The position numbers and the translations under genes were made by a program. The notes beneath the pieces are model-generated. The model was not told the origin of the DNA, searched no databases, and saw nothing but the letters and a program-made list of their open reading frames with translations. This document shows, one piece after another, positions 28,955-38,281 of a stretch of DNA of 64,000 nt. Source of the stretch: an uncultured Desulfurococcales archaeon (lineage in GTDB: Archaea; Thermoproteota; Thermoprotei_A; EX4484-217-1); assembly GCA_964406965.1 (NCBI GenBank), contig CAYOTT010000003.1, forward strand, positions 77,691 to 141,690. Reading direction: 5' to 3'. Every line of letters starts with the position of its first letter. Positions within the stretch are counted from its first letter, which is position 1.

Positions 28955-30160
28955 TTATCTTCCCTTAGCGGCAACTATGGATATTACGTCGCCGTCTTGA
29001 AGCACATATTCTTCTCCGAGCCTTCTCTTTGTTCTAGCATCTATTGCATATAGGAACGTTTTGCCTAGGTCTGTATGTATTTTATACGCAAACTCCCTTG
29101 CTGTTGTACCTTTTTTCACCAAGAAAACATCAGGTAAAACTCTTCCCTCATGGTCTGTAAGTTTGACAGGGTCTTCGACAGGATATACTGCTATCATTTC
29201 TAAAGCATCAAGTACTGCTTTATTTATTGCTTGCTGAACTCCTGTAGAACCCCACTTTTTAAGTACATGTTCTTTAACGTATTCCAGCCCTTTCTTCTCT
29301 CTTGAAGTGAGCCTATTCTCGTCTATGATTTTGAAATCAGGGTCACCAGGTAAATAGCTTATATATCCTTTCTTAGCAGCTCTTCTAAGAACAAGTTCTG
29401 CTAATGCTGATGTAGGAATTACTACTTGGTTTTTTAACTCCTTAACCATACTTTTAATTATCTCCTGTGCCTCAGGTATGTCTGCTTTATTAGCTACTAT
29501 TATTGAGGGCTTAGCTATTTTCCTAAGTGTTGAAACAAAAAGCAATAATTCTTCATTTCTCCAAGAGGAGGGTTTTGCGTTTTCAAGTTTTGTTTCTCTT
29601 AAGGCCTTCACGACATGTGTTTTCGTTATTGAGAGTCCTGCTAATCTCTCAGCTAAGAGGTCTTCGAATTTACCTTCAGACTCAGCTTTATGCACAAGTT
29701 TTTTCCAATCCTTTTGAAGTATTTGGAATAGCCATAGATCAACTTCTCTCTGTATGAGTCTAACTTCCTCTATGGGATCATATGTTCCGGGAGGTACAGG
29801 TCTTCCTTCAGCATCGGTGGAGCCTGACGCATCAACAACATGCAGAAGTACGTCAGCCTTTCTTAAGTCATCTAGGAACTTATTTCCTAGTCCTCTTCCT
29901 TTATGTGCTTCAGGTATTAATCCCGCTACGTCGATTAAGGTTACGGGTATGAACCTTATTCCATTAATGCAAAGAGAGTTTCTAGGGTTATCTTTAACTT
30001 TAAACTCTCTACATACACATGGCTTTCTAACGTACCCTACACCGACGTTGGGCTTAATTGTGGTAAAAGGGTGATTGGCTATATCAACACTTACTAACGT
30101 TGCTGCAGCGAAAAAAGTTGATTTACCAACATTCGTTTTACCTATGACTCCAATAAGCAA
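28955..30160 (-). CDS. Obg-like P-loop GTPase/ATPase (YchF/DRG-type) with C-terminal TGS domain
   Basis: IGVIGKTNVGKSTFF, HPFTTIKPNVG, DVAGLI and ANKAD motifs. C-terminal LQDGDVISIVA is TGS-like. Confidence 0.85.
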   Translation of the reverse strand: MLIGVIGKTNVGKSTFFAAATLVSVDIANHPFTTIKPNVGVGYVRKPCVCREFKVKDNPRNSLCINGIRFIPVTLIDVAGLIPEAHKGRGLGNKFLDDLRKADVLLHVVDASGSTDAEGRPVPPGTYDPIEEVRLIQREVDLWLFQILQKDWKKLVHKAESEGKFEDLLAERLAGLSITKTHVVKALRETKLENAKPSSWRNEELLLFVSTLRKIAKPSIIVANKADIPEAQEIIKSMVKELKNQVVIPTSALAELVLRRAAKKGYISYLPGDPDFKIIDENRLTSREKKGLEYVKEHVLKKWGSTGVQQAINKAVLDALEMIAVYPVEDPVKLTDHEGRVLPDVFLVKKGTTAREFAYKIHTDLGKTFLYAIDARTKRRLGEEYVLQDGDVISIVAAKGR

Positions 30161-30293
30161 CTCTTAACATACCTCTCTTCAAATACTATCTAGAAATTTT
30201 CGATATAAGATTCTCGGTTAGATTTATATTCCTCCCTACTCATTATAGTCCTCCTAGACTGTAATCTTACCCTGGCTAAGGTGTTTAAGAGAA

Positions 30294-30926
30294 ATGTATA
30301 AATACATTAGGCTGCTATGGAAGCGTCCTTATGAAGGAGAGTTTAAGGAAATACTTAAGCAAAGAATAATTAGGTGGCGTAGGGAGCCCGCTGTAGTTAG
30401 GATAGAGAAACCTACAAGATTAGATAAGGCAAGAGCTTTAGGTTATAAGGCTAAACAAGGATTTGTTATTGTAAGGGTTCGTGTTAGAAAAGGAGGCCGT
30501 AGGAAGCCTAGGCCAAATAAGGGTAGGAGACCTAAAAGAATGGGCGTTTACGGCTTCGCTCCAGCAAAGAGTCTTAGATTAATTGCCGAGGAAAGAGCCG
30601 CAAGAAAATACCCTAACCTAATTGTTCTTAACAGCTACTATGTAGGCGAAGACGGTAATTATAAATGGTTTGAAGTAATACTTGTCGACCCTCATCACCC
30701 AGTAATAAAGAATGACCCTGACATAAACTGGGTTACTCAGAAATCACAGAAAGGCAGAGTTTTTAGAGGAAAAACTGCAGCTGGCAGAAAAATGAGAGGT
30801 CTTCTTAAGTCAAGAGGTTTACGTGGAACACACAAACATAAGTGGAAGAAAAAGCAGAAAGAGAGAGAAGAGAGAAGGAGGCATGAAGCTTCAAGAGGGG
30901 CACGCGTAATTAAATCTGGAAAATAA
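30294..30926 (+). CDS. rpl15e: 50S ribosomal protein L15e
   Basis: [12 protein letters not shown]...[14 protein letters not shown]...[11 protein letters not shown]. Confidence 0.95.
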   Translation: MYKYIRLLWKRPYEGEFKEILKQRIIRWRREPAVVRIEKPTRLDKARALGYKAKQGFVIVRVRVRKGGRRKPRPNKGRRPKRMGVYGFAPAKSLRLIAEERAARKYPNLIVLNSYYVGEDGNYKWFEVILVDPHHPVIKNDPDINWVTQKSQKGRVFRGKTAAGRKMRGLLKSRGLRGTHKHKWKKKQKEREERRRHEASRGARVIKSGK

Positions 30927-31003
30927 GTCCTAATTCTCCATAATTTTTCACAAAACAGCTTTCTATAACTTAGTACATTTTATAACATTGGGAATGAGAA
31001 CTT

Positions 31004-31438
31004 ATGGTTAAAGTTAAGTCATTAGAGGTATTTGCTAGCTGCCATGCAACAGAGAATCTCGATAAAGTTAAGAAGGCAATGCTACATATTGTTCCTAAAG
31101 AGTTAAGAGAGAAAGTGGTTTTTGAGGAAAAAACGCTTAAAGGACATTATGGTAACCCAATAGTAAGGCTTTCCTTTAAACTTAAAGGATTAGATGCTGA
31201 AAAAACATTAAAGTACATAGCTGAAAGTCTTGACGAAGTAAGTAAACGTTTGCTAGGTGCATCTTTAAGTTTAAGAGTAGAGACGTCAAAGCTTTACCTT
31301 AGGTTCTCTAAGCAAGAAGCATTTCTTGGAAGAGTAATTTTAGAAGATAGTGATGACATAGTTAAAGTAGTTATTTCATTTAGTACTAAAAGAACGGAAT
31401 CCTTAGAACAATATCTTAAAGAATTAGGGCTGATTTGA
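31004..31438 (+). CDS. UPF0201/COG1931 predicted RNA-binding protein of the exosome-RNase P superoperon
   Basis: Conserved slot between rpl15e and rpp30. The N-terminal VFASCHATENLDKVKKAM pattern is typical of the family. Confidence 0.65.
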   Translation: MVKVKSLEVFASCHATENLDKVKKAMLHIVPKELREKVVFEEKTLKGHYGNPIVRLSFKLKGLDAEKTLKYIAESLDEVSKRLLGASLSLRVETSKLYLRFSKQEAFLGRVILEDSDDIVKVVISFSTKRTESLEQYLKELGLI

Positions 31439-31439
31439 A

Positions 31440-32165
31440 ATGGAAATAAGGCCTCCAATAGATTTCTATGTTAAAGCTATAGAAGATAGCAATAAGTTTA
31501 TGAAAATACTGAAAACTCTAAGCAAACTAGGTTTTCGTATAGTAGTTATTGCATATAACACCTTAGACAGGGAATGTATTTTCCCGAAAGATTCTATAAA
31601 CATCCTTAAGTTAGGTGGGAGCATAGGTTTAACTACCTTCATTAGAATAAACATTAGTTCAAATAGTAAGGGGGATCTTAAAAAATGCTTAAGGAAGATT
31701 AGAGCGAGAGTTGATGTAGTATCTGTTGAACCGAAAACCCTTGATGTAGCAAGGTTTTCAGGAAGGGATAGAAGAATTGATACAGTATTCTTTGACTATA
31801 ACGGTTTAGTTAATTTCTACGATGAATCACAAGCTAAACTTATGAGCCAAAACGGCATAGCTTTGGAAATCCCATTTAAACACTTATGGTATGTAAGCAA
31901 GTTTAACTATAAAATGTTCTTCTTCCTTAAAAGAGTAATGTACTATACTCTAAAATTTAAAGTGCCTTTAATTGTTTCTTCAGCTTCGTCAGAAATTGTT
32001 GACGTTAAATCACCTAGCCAGCTTACTTCACTACTTGAAGTACTCGGGCTTCCCGAAGATTACGCTAAAATGGCAATTACCAGTTATCCTTTAGCTATTT
32101 TAAAAAGAAATTTACATAAGAAATCACGTAAACATGTTCAACGAGGTGTCGATGTAATATCTTGA
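31440..32165 (+). CDS. rnp3: RNase P protein component 3 (Rpp30)
   Basis: 241-aa TIM-barrel-size ORF in the conserved position upstream of Pop5. Contains VDVVSVEP and IALEIPF motifs. Confidence 0.75.
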   Translation: MEIRPPIDFYVKAIEDSNKFMKILKTLSKLGFRIVVIAYNTLDRECIFPKDSINILKLGGSIGLTTFIRINISSNSKGDLKKCLRKIRARVDVVSVEPKTLDVARFSGRDRRIDTVFFDYNGLVNFYDESQAKLMSQNGIALEIPFKHLWYVSKFNYKMFFFLKRVMYYTLKFKVPLIVSSASSEIVDVKSPSQLTSLLEVLGLPEDYAKMAITSYPLAILKRNLHKKSRKHVQRGVDVIS

Positions 32166-32747
32166 GTGGGTGGTGTTGTTTTGAACGTTGTAGCTTTATT
32201 TCTCGCATTAGCTATTCTTGAAGCAACGTATTTCTTGGCTTTAACCTCGCTTCTCATATTTGGCCAGCTTGACATATTATTGTTTCTGGCATTTTCGGCT
32301 ATAGGATTTATGTTCTTTGCACTAACTTATGTGCTTTATAGGGTCTTAAAGTTACAAGTCCTCATATTGAAAACTAGAATTAAGCTAAGTAGTGAAAGAG
32401 TCGCTGTAAGGAATGTTTTAAGAAAACCTAGGAAAAGATATGTTGTTTTTCAAGTGGTTTCGGAAAAACCGGTTAAAAAGGAAGATGTTGAAAAAGTTTT
32501 TCATGAAACATTTAAGGAGCTTTTTGGCATATTAGGTGAGGGTGAATCAAACCCGAAACTTGTATTTTACGATGAAGTATCGATGAGAGGTATTGTAAGG
32601 TTTGTTCATATACAGAAAAGTAGGGTATTTTTCACTCTTGCCATGGTATCTGAGGTTTCAAAAGGCAAGCTAGGTTTCATACCATTAAAGACTACGGGAA
32701 CGTTAAGGAGAGCTAAGGAAATAGTTAAAACCCTAAGTTTAGATTAG
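32166..32747 (+). CDS. rnp2: RNase P protein component 2 (Pop5); the recognisable domain is the C-terminal ~115 aa, and the ORF carries an in-frame 2-TM N-terminal extension
   Basis: LRKPRKRYVVFQVVSEKPVKKEDVEKVF... matches the Pop5 N-terminus (compare LRDKKRYIAFKV). The ORF is open back to the GTG at 32166, directly after the rpp30 stop. An internal TTG at 32367 would give a conventional ~126-aa Pop5. Confidence 0.75.
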   Translation: MGGVVLNVVALFLALAILEATYFLALTSLLIFGQLDILLFLAFSAIGFMFFALTYVLYRVLKLQVLILKTRIKLSSERVAVRNVLRKPRKRYVVFQVVSEKPVKKEDVEKVFHETFKELFGILGEGESNPKLVFYDEVSMRGIVRFVHIQKSRVFFTLAMVSEVSKGKLGFIPLKTTGTLRRAKEIVKTLSLD

Positions 32748-32754
32748 TTAGAAG

Positions 32755-32810
32755 TGGATGATGAAGCCGCTCCATGTCGGATTAGTGAAGAACTCGCGAC
32801 GATCTGACAT
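32755..32810 (+). ncRNA. Box C/D sRNA candidate
   Basis: C box ATGATGA (32758-32764); 12-nt spacer agccgctccatg; degenerate D' TCGG; 4 nt; C' GTGAAGA (32785-32791); 12-nt spacer actcgcgacgat; D box CTGA (32804-32807). Lies in the 68-nt gap between two gene ends and is locally GC-rich. Confidence 0.65.
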
Positions 32811-32815
32811 AAACA

Positions 32816-33658
32816 CTATGGTGATCGAGGAAATAGTAGGTAAGCTTTAACGAATTCTCCTTCGTAAAAAGGCTTAGCCCATGGAGGTACGGGCCTAAAT
32901 TTTTCAACAACAAGTATAGTTAAAGACCCAGACTTAGCGTCTTTGGGTTTTTTCACAACGTTTTGGGTTAGTGTTTCTAGCCAATATCTTATCTTGGTGT
33001 TGGGAACTACGAAAACGATGTTGCTGGGTGCTTTAACGGCTATGTGTTTAAGTTCGTAGTATTCTTCAGTAGTAATGCTTGGTTTCAAAACGCTTATGGC
33101 CGTTATAAATTGGGGGGTAAGTAAGCTAGCTATTAGCAATACTGTAAGTACTGAGTGCCTTACACTTTTAATTGTACCAATAAATACTCCTAAAATTAAA
33201 GGTACAAGTATGGCTGACATTAAATTAAATCTCCAAAGAAAATCACGGGGAATTAAGGGGATATTGAGTACTATTAGTATTATTGATAATGTGAAAATAA
33301 TTCTTCTATCAACATCATTGATTAATATACTTTTTGAAGTAATGATCCCTAATGCACCTATAATTAATGGAAAAGCCACGTTTGATACTTCGATGGGATT
33401 TTTGATTTCAAAGAATTTACCCTGGATGATTTCATTAACCAATGAAATTCCTTTGTAAGAATCTCCTCCCATAACTTCGTACACTAAAAATCCTGAGGCT
33501 AATAGAGCTGAGCTTAAAATTAACGGCATCACAAGGTATTTCACTTCGCCTTTACCTTTAATAATGTATGTTATAGTGAGCAATAGGAGAATAGCATAAG
33601 CGACCGCAAAATCAAGTATGTGTGTTAACCCTGTTAATACAGAGAAAACAGAGGCCAT
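32816..33658 (-). CDS. Polytopic membrane protein, C-terminal continuation of the upstream ORF (frameshift or split gene)
   Basis: 280 aa. About seven TM helices, then a soluble tail. A TAA lies immediately upstream of its ATG in this frame. Confidence 0.45.
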   Translation of the reverse strand: MASVFSVLTGLTHILDFAVAYAILLLLTITYIIKGKGEVKYLVMPLILSSALLASGFLVYEVMGGDSYKGISLVNEIIQGKFFEIKNPIEVSNVAFPLIIGALGIITSKSILINDVDRRIIFTLSIILIVLNIPLIPRDFLWRFNLMSAILVPLILGVFIGTIKSVRHSVLTVLLIASLLTPQFITAISVLKPSITTEEYYELKHIAVKAPSNIVFVVPNTKIRYWLETLTQNVVKKPKDAKSGSLTILVVEKFRPVPPWAKPFYEGEFVKAYLLFPRSP

Positions 33659-34151
33659 TTATAGAGTATTTGAAGCTATGTTTCTTTAACGCTAAGTAGC
33701 AAAGAAGCATTGTTAATGCGAGGAAGAATAGTCCCATGGAGTTCTTTATTAAATCAAAACTCATTCTTACAAGTGCAGGAGAGAATGCGTAGAAAATGCA
33801 TGAGGCCAGGGCTCCAACAGTAGAGCCACTAATTTTCTTTACTAAAAAGTATATAGCGTACATTGCAAGTAGTGTTATAAATACTGAGCCGACTTTTATT
33901 CCAGCGTAAACATCACCTAATATTATCGAGAACGCTGTTAGAATGTAAAATGAGAGAGGTGGATCAGGGTATTTTGGAACTCCACTATTAAGAATGCTTG
34001 ATATTTGAATGTAATAGTAAGGGCAGTCAATACCGTAAAGTAATGGTGAGGAAAACTGCTTAATGATGTATAGTGTTAACGATGTAATGAAAACCAGTGT
34101 CACCAATGCTGCTTCTAAATATTTAACCTTAATAATGTGCTTCTTCATCAC
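33612..34151 (-). CDS. Polytopic membrane protein, N-terminal part of a GT-C-like (ArnT/PMT-like) glycosyltransferase?
   Basis: Multiple TM helices. First loop is YGIDCPYYYIQIS...KYPDPPLSFY. Its end overlaps the next ORF by 47 nt in another frame. Confidence 0.45.
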   Translation of the reverse strand: MMKKHIIKVKYLEAALVTLVFITSLTLYIIKQFSSPLLYGIDCPYYYIQISSILNSGVPKYPDPPLSFYILTAFSIILGDVYAGIKVGSVFITLLAMYAIYFLVKKISGSTVGALASCIFYAFSPALVRMSFDLIKNSMGLFFLALTMLLCYLALKKHSFKYSINGLCFLCINRVNTHT

Positions 34152-34251
34152 AATTATAGTTTACATGAAAGTAAAGCCTTTAAATGTTACTTTAAAGGAA
34201 CCCTTATATTCCTACTTTAGTAATTTGTTAAGTATGGAGCAAAAACTACTA

Positions 34252-34312
34252 AAGATGATGAGTCCCTCGGAAAACATAAGTGATTGATGATCGGGGGACT
34301 ACCAGCTGATAA
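34252..34312 (+). ncRNA. Box C/D sRNA candidate (atypical spacing)
   Basis: C box ATGATGA (34255-34261); spacer gtccctcggaaa; no clear D'; C' TTGATGA (34284-34290); 15-nt spacer tcgggggactaccag; D box CTGA (34306-34309). The spacer contains GGACTACCAG, which fits the first 10 nt of the 16S 806R primer consensus GGACTACHVG. Confidence 0.5.
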
Positions 34313-34319
34313 TATACTA

Positions 34320-34376
34320 AGTCAGATAGAAGACCATCATCATTTCTCAGCGGTCGGACAGTCTTCATCATGCCGC
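34320..34376 (-). ncRNA. Box C/D sRNA
   Basis: Minus-strand read: gcggc-ATGATGA-agactgtccgaccg-CTGA-gaa-ATGATGA-tggtcttctat-CTGA. All four boxes are perfect and total length is about 55 nt. A TATA-like ATATATTTATA lies about 30 nt upstream. Confidence 0.8.
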
Positions 34377-34400
34377 TATAATGCATTAGCGTGTGGTAAG

Positions 34401-34411
34401 ATATATTTATA
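34401..34411. promoter_or_regulatory. TATA-like element in the divergent region between the minus-strand C/D sRNA and psmA
   Basis: ATATATTTATA is centred about 30 nt upstream of the sRNA 5' end at 34376. It also lies about 65 nt upstream of the psmA ATG. Confidence 0.35.
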
Positions 34412-34474
34412 CCTCCTTTAATTGTAAGGTTAGAGTCAGTTTGCAAAAGACCATAGGTTAGAGGTTTAGTAGCT

Positions 34475-35194
34475 ATGTTCACTCCATCGTCAATGGGATA
34501 TGATAGAGCAATCACTGTATTTTCGCCTGATGGAAAACTTTACCAAGTAGAGTATGCTTTCGAAGCTGTTAGAAGAGGATGGACAACTTTAGGTATAAGA
34601 TCAAACAGTGGTGTTGTTTTAGCAGCCATTAAGAAGAAAGTTCTCCCTCTTATGGATTTTTCAGATATTGAAAAAGTGTTTCAAATAGACGACCATATAG
34701 GTATGACATTTGCCGGTTTCGCATCTGATGGTAGAGTTCTCGTAGACTATGCAAGGCTGCGGGCTATTCAGCATAAAATACTTTACGATGAAAAAATAAG
34801 TGTAGAACTATTAACGAGAAGAATATGTGATGTTAAGCAAAGTTATACACAACATGCTGGTGTAAGGCCGTTCGGAGTAGCTTTAATAATAGGCGGCGTT
34901 GACGATAGGGGGCCACATTTATACATGACTGAGCCAAGCGGTCAATACATGAGCTACTTTGCTGTAGCAATAGGTTCTGAAGGGCAGTTAGCTAATGAAT
35001 ATTTGGAGAAAAAATATAAGAAAGATTTAACAGTTGATGAATTAATAGTTTTAGCCATAGATACGTTAACGAAAGTATCTAAAGAGAAACTTGCACCAGA
35101 ATATATTGAAATAGGGTATATCCCGGTTGAGAAGCCTTTGTTTAAGAAGTTAGGTATAGGTGAAGTAGCAAAGTACATGGAGAAGGTGGCTTAA
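34475..35194 (+). CDS. psmA: Proteasome alpha subunit
   Basis: GYDRAITVFSPDGKLYQVEYAFEAV is an invariant alpha-subunit N-terminus. Confidence 0.95.
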   Translation: MFTPSSMGYDRAITVFSPDGKLYQVEYAFEAVRRGWTTLGIRSNSGVVLAAIKKKVLPLMDFSDIEKVFQIDDHIGMTFAGFASDGRVLVDYARLRAIQHKILYDEKISVELLTRRICDVKQSYTQHAGVRPFGVALIIGGVDDRGPHLYMTEPSGQYMSYFAVAIGSEGQLANEYLEKKYKKDLTVDELIVLAIDTLTKVSKEKLAPEYIEIGYIPVEKPLFKKLGIGEVAKYMEKVA

Positions 35195-35285
35195 GAAGCT
35201 TTTAGCTTACACTTACTTTCTAAATTGGTTGTGTTTTTAGCTTAGATTTTGCTACAATATTTTCTAGGTAGAGAAGTGATGTTGT

Positions 35286-35990
35286 ATGAGTAGAAGGCAT
35301 GAGCCTATAGTAGCAAGACTTGAAACCCATGGACATAGATTCGAGATTTTAGTTAAGCCCGATCTTGCTTTTAAATTTAAAGAAGGTAAAAAAGTTAGTA
35401 TTAGGGAGGTTTTAGAGGGAGAGTTTATCTATAAAGACGCTAGAAAGGGTCTTAAAGCTTCCGAAGAGATTATAAAGAAGGTTTTTGGAACAACCGACGT
35501 GTATAAGGTAGCTGAGGAAATTCTTAGAAAGGGAGAAATACAGATAACAGCTGAGCAAAGAAGAGCCCTTATTGAGGCTAAGAGAAAGCAAATAATAGAT
35601 TTTATTTCTAAAAACTGCATTAACCCTAAAACAAAGCTTCCACATCCACCTAAAAGAATAGAATTAGCTATGGAGCAGCTGAGAGTAGGTATTGACCCGT
35701 TTAAAGATGTTGAAAAGCAAGCATTACAAATAATTAAGGCTTTAAGCAGGGTTTTACCCATCAAGTTGGCTAAGGCTATAGTTAGGGTTAAAATACCTTC
35801 ACCATTCTCTGGAAGAGCTTATAGTGTGCTTGCAGGCTTCGGCGAGGTGAAGAGAACTGCCTGGCTTAGCGATGGGAGTTTGTTTATGGAGCTGGAAATT
35901 CCAGCGGGAATGCAGCAAACACTTATAGATAAGGTAAACGCTATATCTAAAGGTACAGGTGAAGTTAGAATAGTTGAGACTAAATGGTGA
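35286..35990 (+). CDS. sdo1: SBDS-family ribosome maturation protein (Sdo1)
   Basis: [26 protein letters not shown]... is typical of archaeal SBDS. Conserved position between psmA and rrp4. Confidence 0.9.
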   Translation: MSRRHEPIVARLETHGHRFEILVKPDLAFKFKEGKKVSIREVLEGEFIYKDARKGLKASEEIIKKVFGTTDVYKVAEEILRKGEIQITAEQRRALIEAKRKQIIDFISKNCINPKTKLPHPPKRIELAMEQLRVGIDPFKDVEKQALQIIKALSRVLPIKLAKAIVRVKIPSPFSGRAYSVLAGFGEVKRTAWLSDGSLFMELEIPAGMQQTLIDKVNAISKGTGEVRIVETKW

Positions 35991-35999
35991 GTTAGGGAA

Positions 36000-36713
36000 A
36001 TGCCAGTGCATGTACAGCATAGGCAAATTGTTGTGCCAGGACAGCTACTGGCCGAAGGGAAAGACGTGGAAGTGAAATCGCAGCATACAATATATAGGGT
36101 AGGTGATAAGCTCTACTCCGCAGTAATAGGACTTGCTGAAGTACAGAATAATAGGGTAAATGTAATTGCCCTTGAAGGATTTTACTTTCCAAAAGTTGAC
36201 GACGTAGTAATAGGGATAATTATAGATTTAGGATTGACTTCCTGGACCGTAGATATAAGAGCCCCATACACGGCCGTTCTACATGCTAATGATGCTTTAA
36301 ATAAACCTTTTAATCCGCTAAAGGATGATTTAAGAAGATATTTCGACATAGGCGACCTCTTGGTAGCTAAAATAAGCGTTTTCGATAGAACAAGAAATCC
36401 TATACTTACTGTTAGAGGTAAGGGTCTTGGAAAAATAACTAAAGGTAAAATAGTAGAGATCGTTCCATCACGTGTGCCGAGGCTTATAGGTAAGAAAGGT
36501 TCGATGATAAACATGATTAAGGAAGAAACTAAATGCCAAATAACTGTGGGTTTAAACGGTAGAGTTTGGATTGTTGGTTCATCTCCACTACATGAGGAAG
36601 TAGCTATTCTTGCAATAAAGAAGGTGGAGAGAGAAACCCATACCACAGGTCTAACTGATCGCGTAAGAGCTTTCATTCGCGAAGAACTTAAAATGAGGGG
36701 TATTACAAAATGA
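36000..36713 (+). CDS. rrp4: Exosome complex RNA-binding protein Rrp4 (S1 + KH)
   Basis: [11 protein letters not shown]-terminal domain, S1 region [15 protein letters not shown], and KH motif [13 protein letters not shown]. Confidence 0.9.
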   Translation: MPVHVQHRQIVVPGQLLAEGKDVEVKSQHTIYRVGDKLYSAVIGLAEVQNNRVNVIALEGFYFPKVDDVVIGIIIDLGLTSWTVDIRAPYTAVLHANDALNKPFNPLKDDLRRYFDIGDLLVAKISVFDRTRNPILTVRGKGLGKITKGKIVEIVPSRVPRLIGKKGSMINMIKEETKCQITVGLNGRVWIVGSSPLHEEVAILAIKKVERETHTTGLTDRVRAFIREELKMRGITK

Positions 36714-37444
36714 AGTCTGAAAGCATCAAATTAATCGATGAGAAAGGATTAAGAATTGATGGTAGAAAACCTGATGAATTAAGGCCCGTAATTATGGAGG
36801 TTGGAGTATTAAAAAATGCTGATGGATCAGCCTATGTTCAACAGGGAAACACTAAGGTAATAGCTGCAGTTTATGGTCCTAGAGAAATACACCCTAAGCA
36901 TTTAACGTTACCTGACAGAGCTATTTTAAGAACGAGATATCATATGGTACCCTACTCAACTGATGAAAGGAAATCTCCTGCACCAACACGTAGAGAGATA
37001 GAGCTTTCTAAGGTAATTAGGGAGGCTTTAGAGGCAGTAATTTTTGTAGAGCTTTATCCAAGAACAACAATAGACGTGTTTATTGAAGTCATCCAAGCCG
37101 ATGCGGGTACAAGAACAGCAGGAATAATGGCTGCTTCACTAGCTCTCGCCGATGCCGGAATACCTATGAGGGATTTAGTTGCAGCCGTAGCTGTAGGTAA
37201 AGTTAATGGACAATTAGTTTTAGACATTAACCAATTAGAGGATGAATATGGAGAAGCTGACATGCCCATTGCTATGATGCCTAGTTTAGGTAAAATAGTG
37301 CTTTTACAGCTTAATGGCGTATTGACCGAGGAGGAATTTAAGAAGGCTTTGGAACTAGCTAAGAAGGGCATTATGAAACTTTACGAGTATGAGCAACAAG
37401 CACTCAAAAAGAAATATGTTGAAATAAAGCCTGAAGAGGTTTAA
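36710..37444 (+). CDS. rrp41: Exosome complex exonuclease Rrp41 (RNase PH fold)
   Basis: [13 protein letters not shown]...[23 protein letters not shown]...DAGTRTAGI. Confidence 0.95.
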   Translation: MKSESIKLIDEKGLRIDGRKPDELRPVIMEVGVLKNADGSAYVQQGNTKVIAAVYGPREIHPKHLTLPDRAILRTRYHMVPYSTDERKSPAPTRREIELSKVIREALEAVIFVELYPRTTIDVFIEVIQADAGTRTAGIMAASLALADAGIPMRDLVAAVAVGKVNGQLVLDINQLEDEYGEADMPIAMMPSLGKIVLLQLNGVLTEEEFKKALELAKKGIMKLYEYEQQALKKKYVEIKPEEV

Positions 37445-37447
37445 ACC

Positions 37448-38281
37448 ATGAGTATAACACCAACTAACTTAAGAATAGTTTCTACACTGAAAAAACACTC
37501 AATGGCTTCGTTAATAGAGAAAGGGCTAAGAATAGATGGTAGAAGACTTGATGAATTTCGCGAAATAACTATAATACCTAATTATATAGCGAAAGCTGAG
37601 GGTTCAGCATACGTTAAGGTTGGAGGAACCGTTGTAATAGCCGGTTTAAAAGTTGGCGTAGGATCTCCGTTTCCTGATACACCTAATGATGGAGTGATTA
37701 CGGTAAATGCTGAGTTCGTACCATTTGCATCACCAACTTTTGAACCAGGCCCTCCGGATGAGAATGCTATTGAATTAGCAAGGGTTATTGATAGAAGTAT
37801 TAGGGAACTTAGAGTAATTGATTTGTCAAAACTAGCAATAATACCTGGGGAAAAAGTGTACATACTATGGCTGGACATTTACGTCTTTGACCATGATGGG
37901 AATCTTCTTGATGCATCAATGCTTGCGGCAATGACCACTCTACTGGTAGCCAAAATACCTAAAGCTGAGGTTAAGGAGGATAAGAACGTAGAACTTAATA
38001 AAGAGGATAAAGCGTCTTTACCTATAAACAATAAGGTAGTAACCGTAACTATAGGCAAGGTTAATAATAAGTTAATAGTTGATCCCACGGTTGATGAAGA
38101 ACAAATATTGGAGTGTAAATTAGCCGTATCCATATCCGAAGATGGCAGGATAGCTGGTATGCAGAAAATGGGTACAGGTATTTTCACAGAAGAGGAAATC
38201 TTAGAAGCAATTAGCTTAGCGAAAAACGCATCTAAAACATTGTTCTCTAAAATAAATGAAGCCATTAAAAAAGCTCAGTAA
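37448..38281 (+). CDS. rrp42: Exosome complex component Rrp42
   Basis: RIDGRRLDEFREITI...AEGSAYVKVGGTVVIAG... is an RNase PH-like, non-catalytic partner. Conserved order. Confidence 0.9.
   Translation: MSITPTNLRIVSTLKKHSMASLIEKGLRIDGRRLDEFREITIIPNYIAKAEGSAYVKVGGTVVIAGLKVGVGSPFPDTPNDGVITVNAEFVPFASPTFEPGPPDENAIELARVIDRSIRELRVIDLSKLAIIPGEKVYILWLDIYVFDHDGNLLDASMLAAMTTLLVAKIPKAEVKEDKNVELNKEDKASLPINNKVVTVTIGKVNNKLIVDPTVDEEQILECKLAVSISEDGRIAGMQKMGTGIFTEEEILEAISLAKNASKTLFSKINEAIKKAQ

Noticed and set aside
34063-34515. ORFs 34063-34287 (+) and 34249-34515 (-) in the psmA upstream gap.
   Set aside because: They overlap each other and show no protein-like features. The region is better explained by two box C/D sRNA candidates and a divergent promoter.
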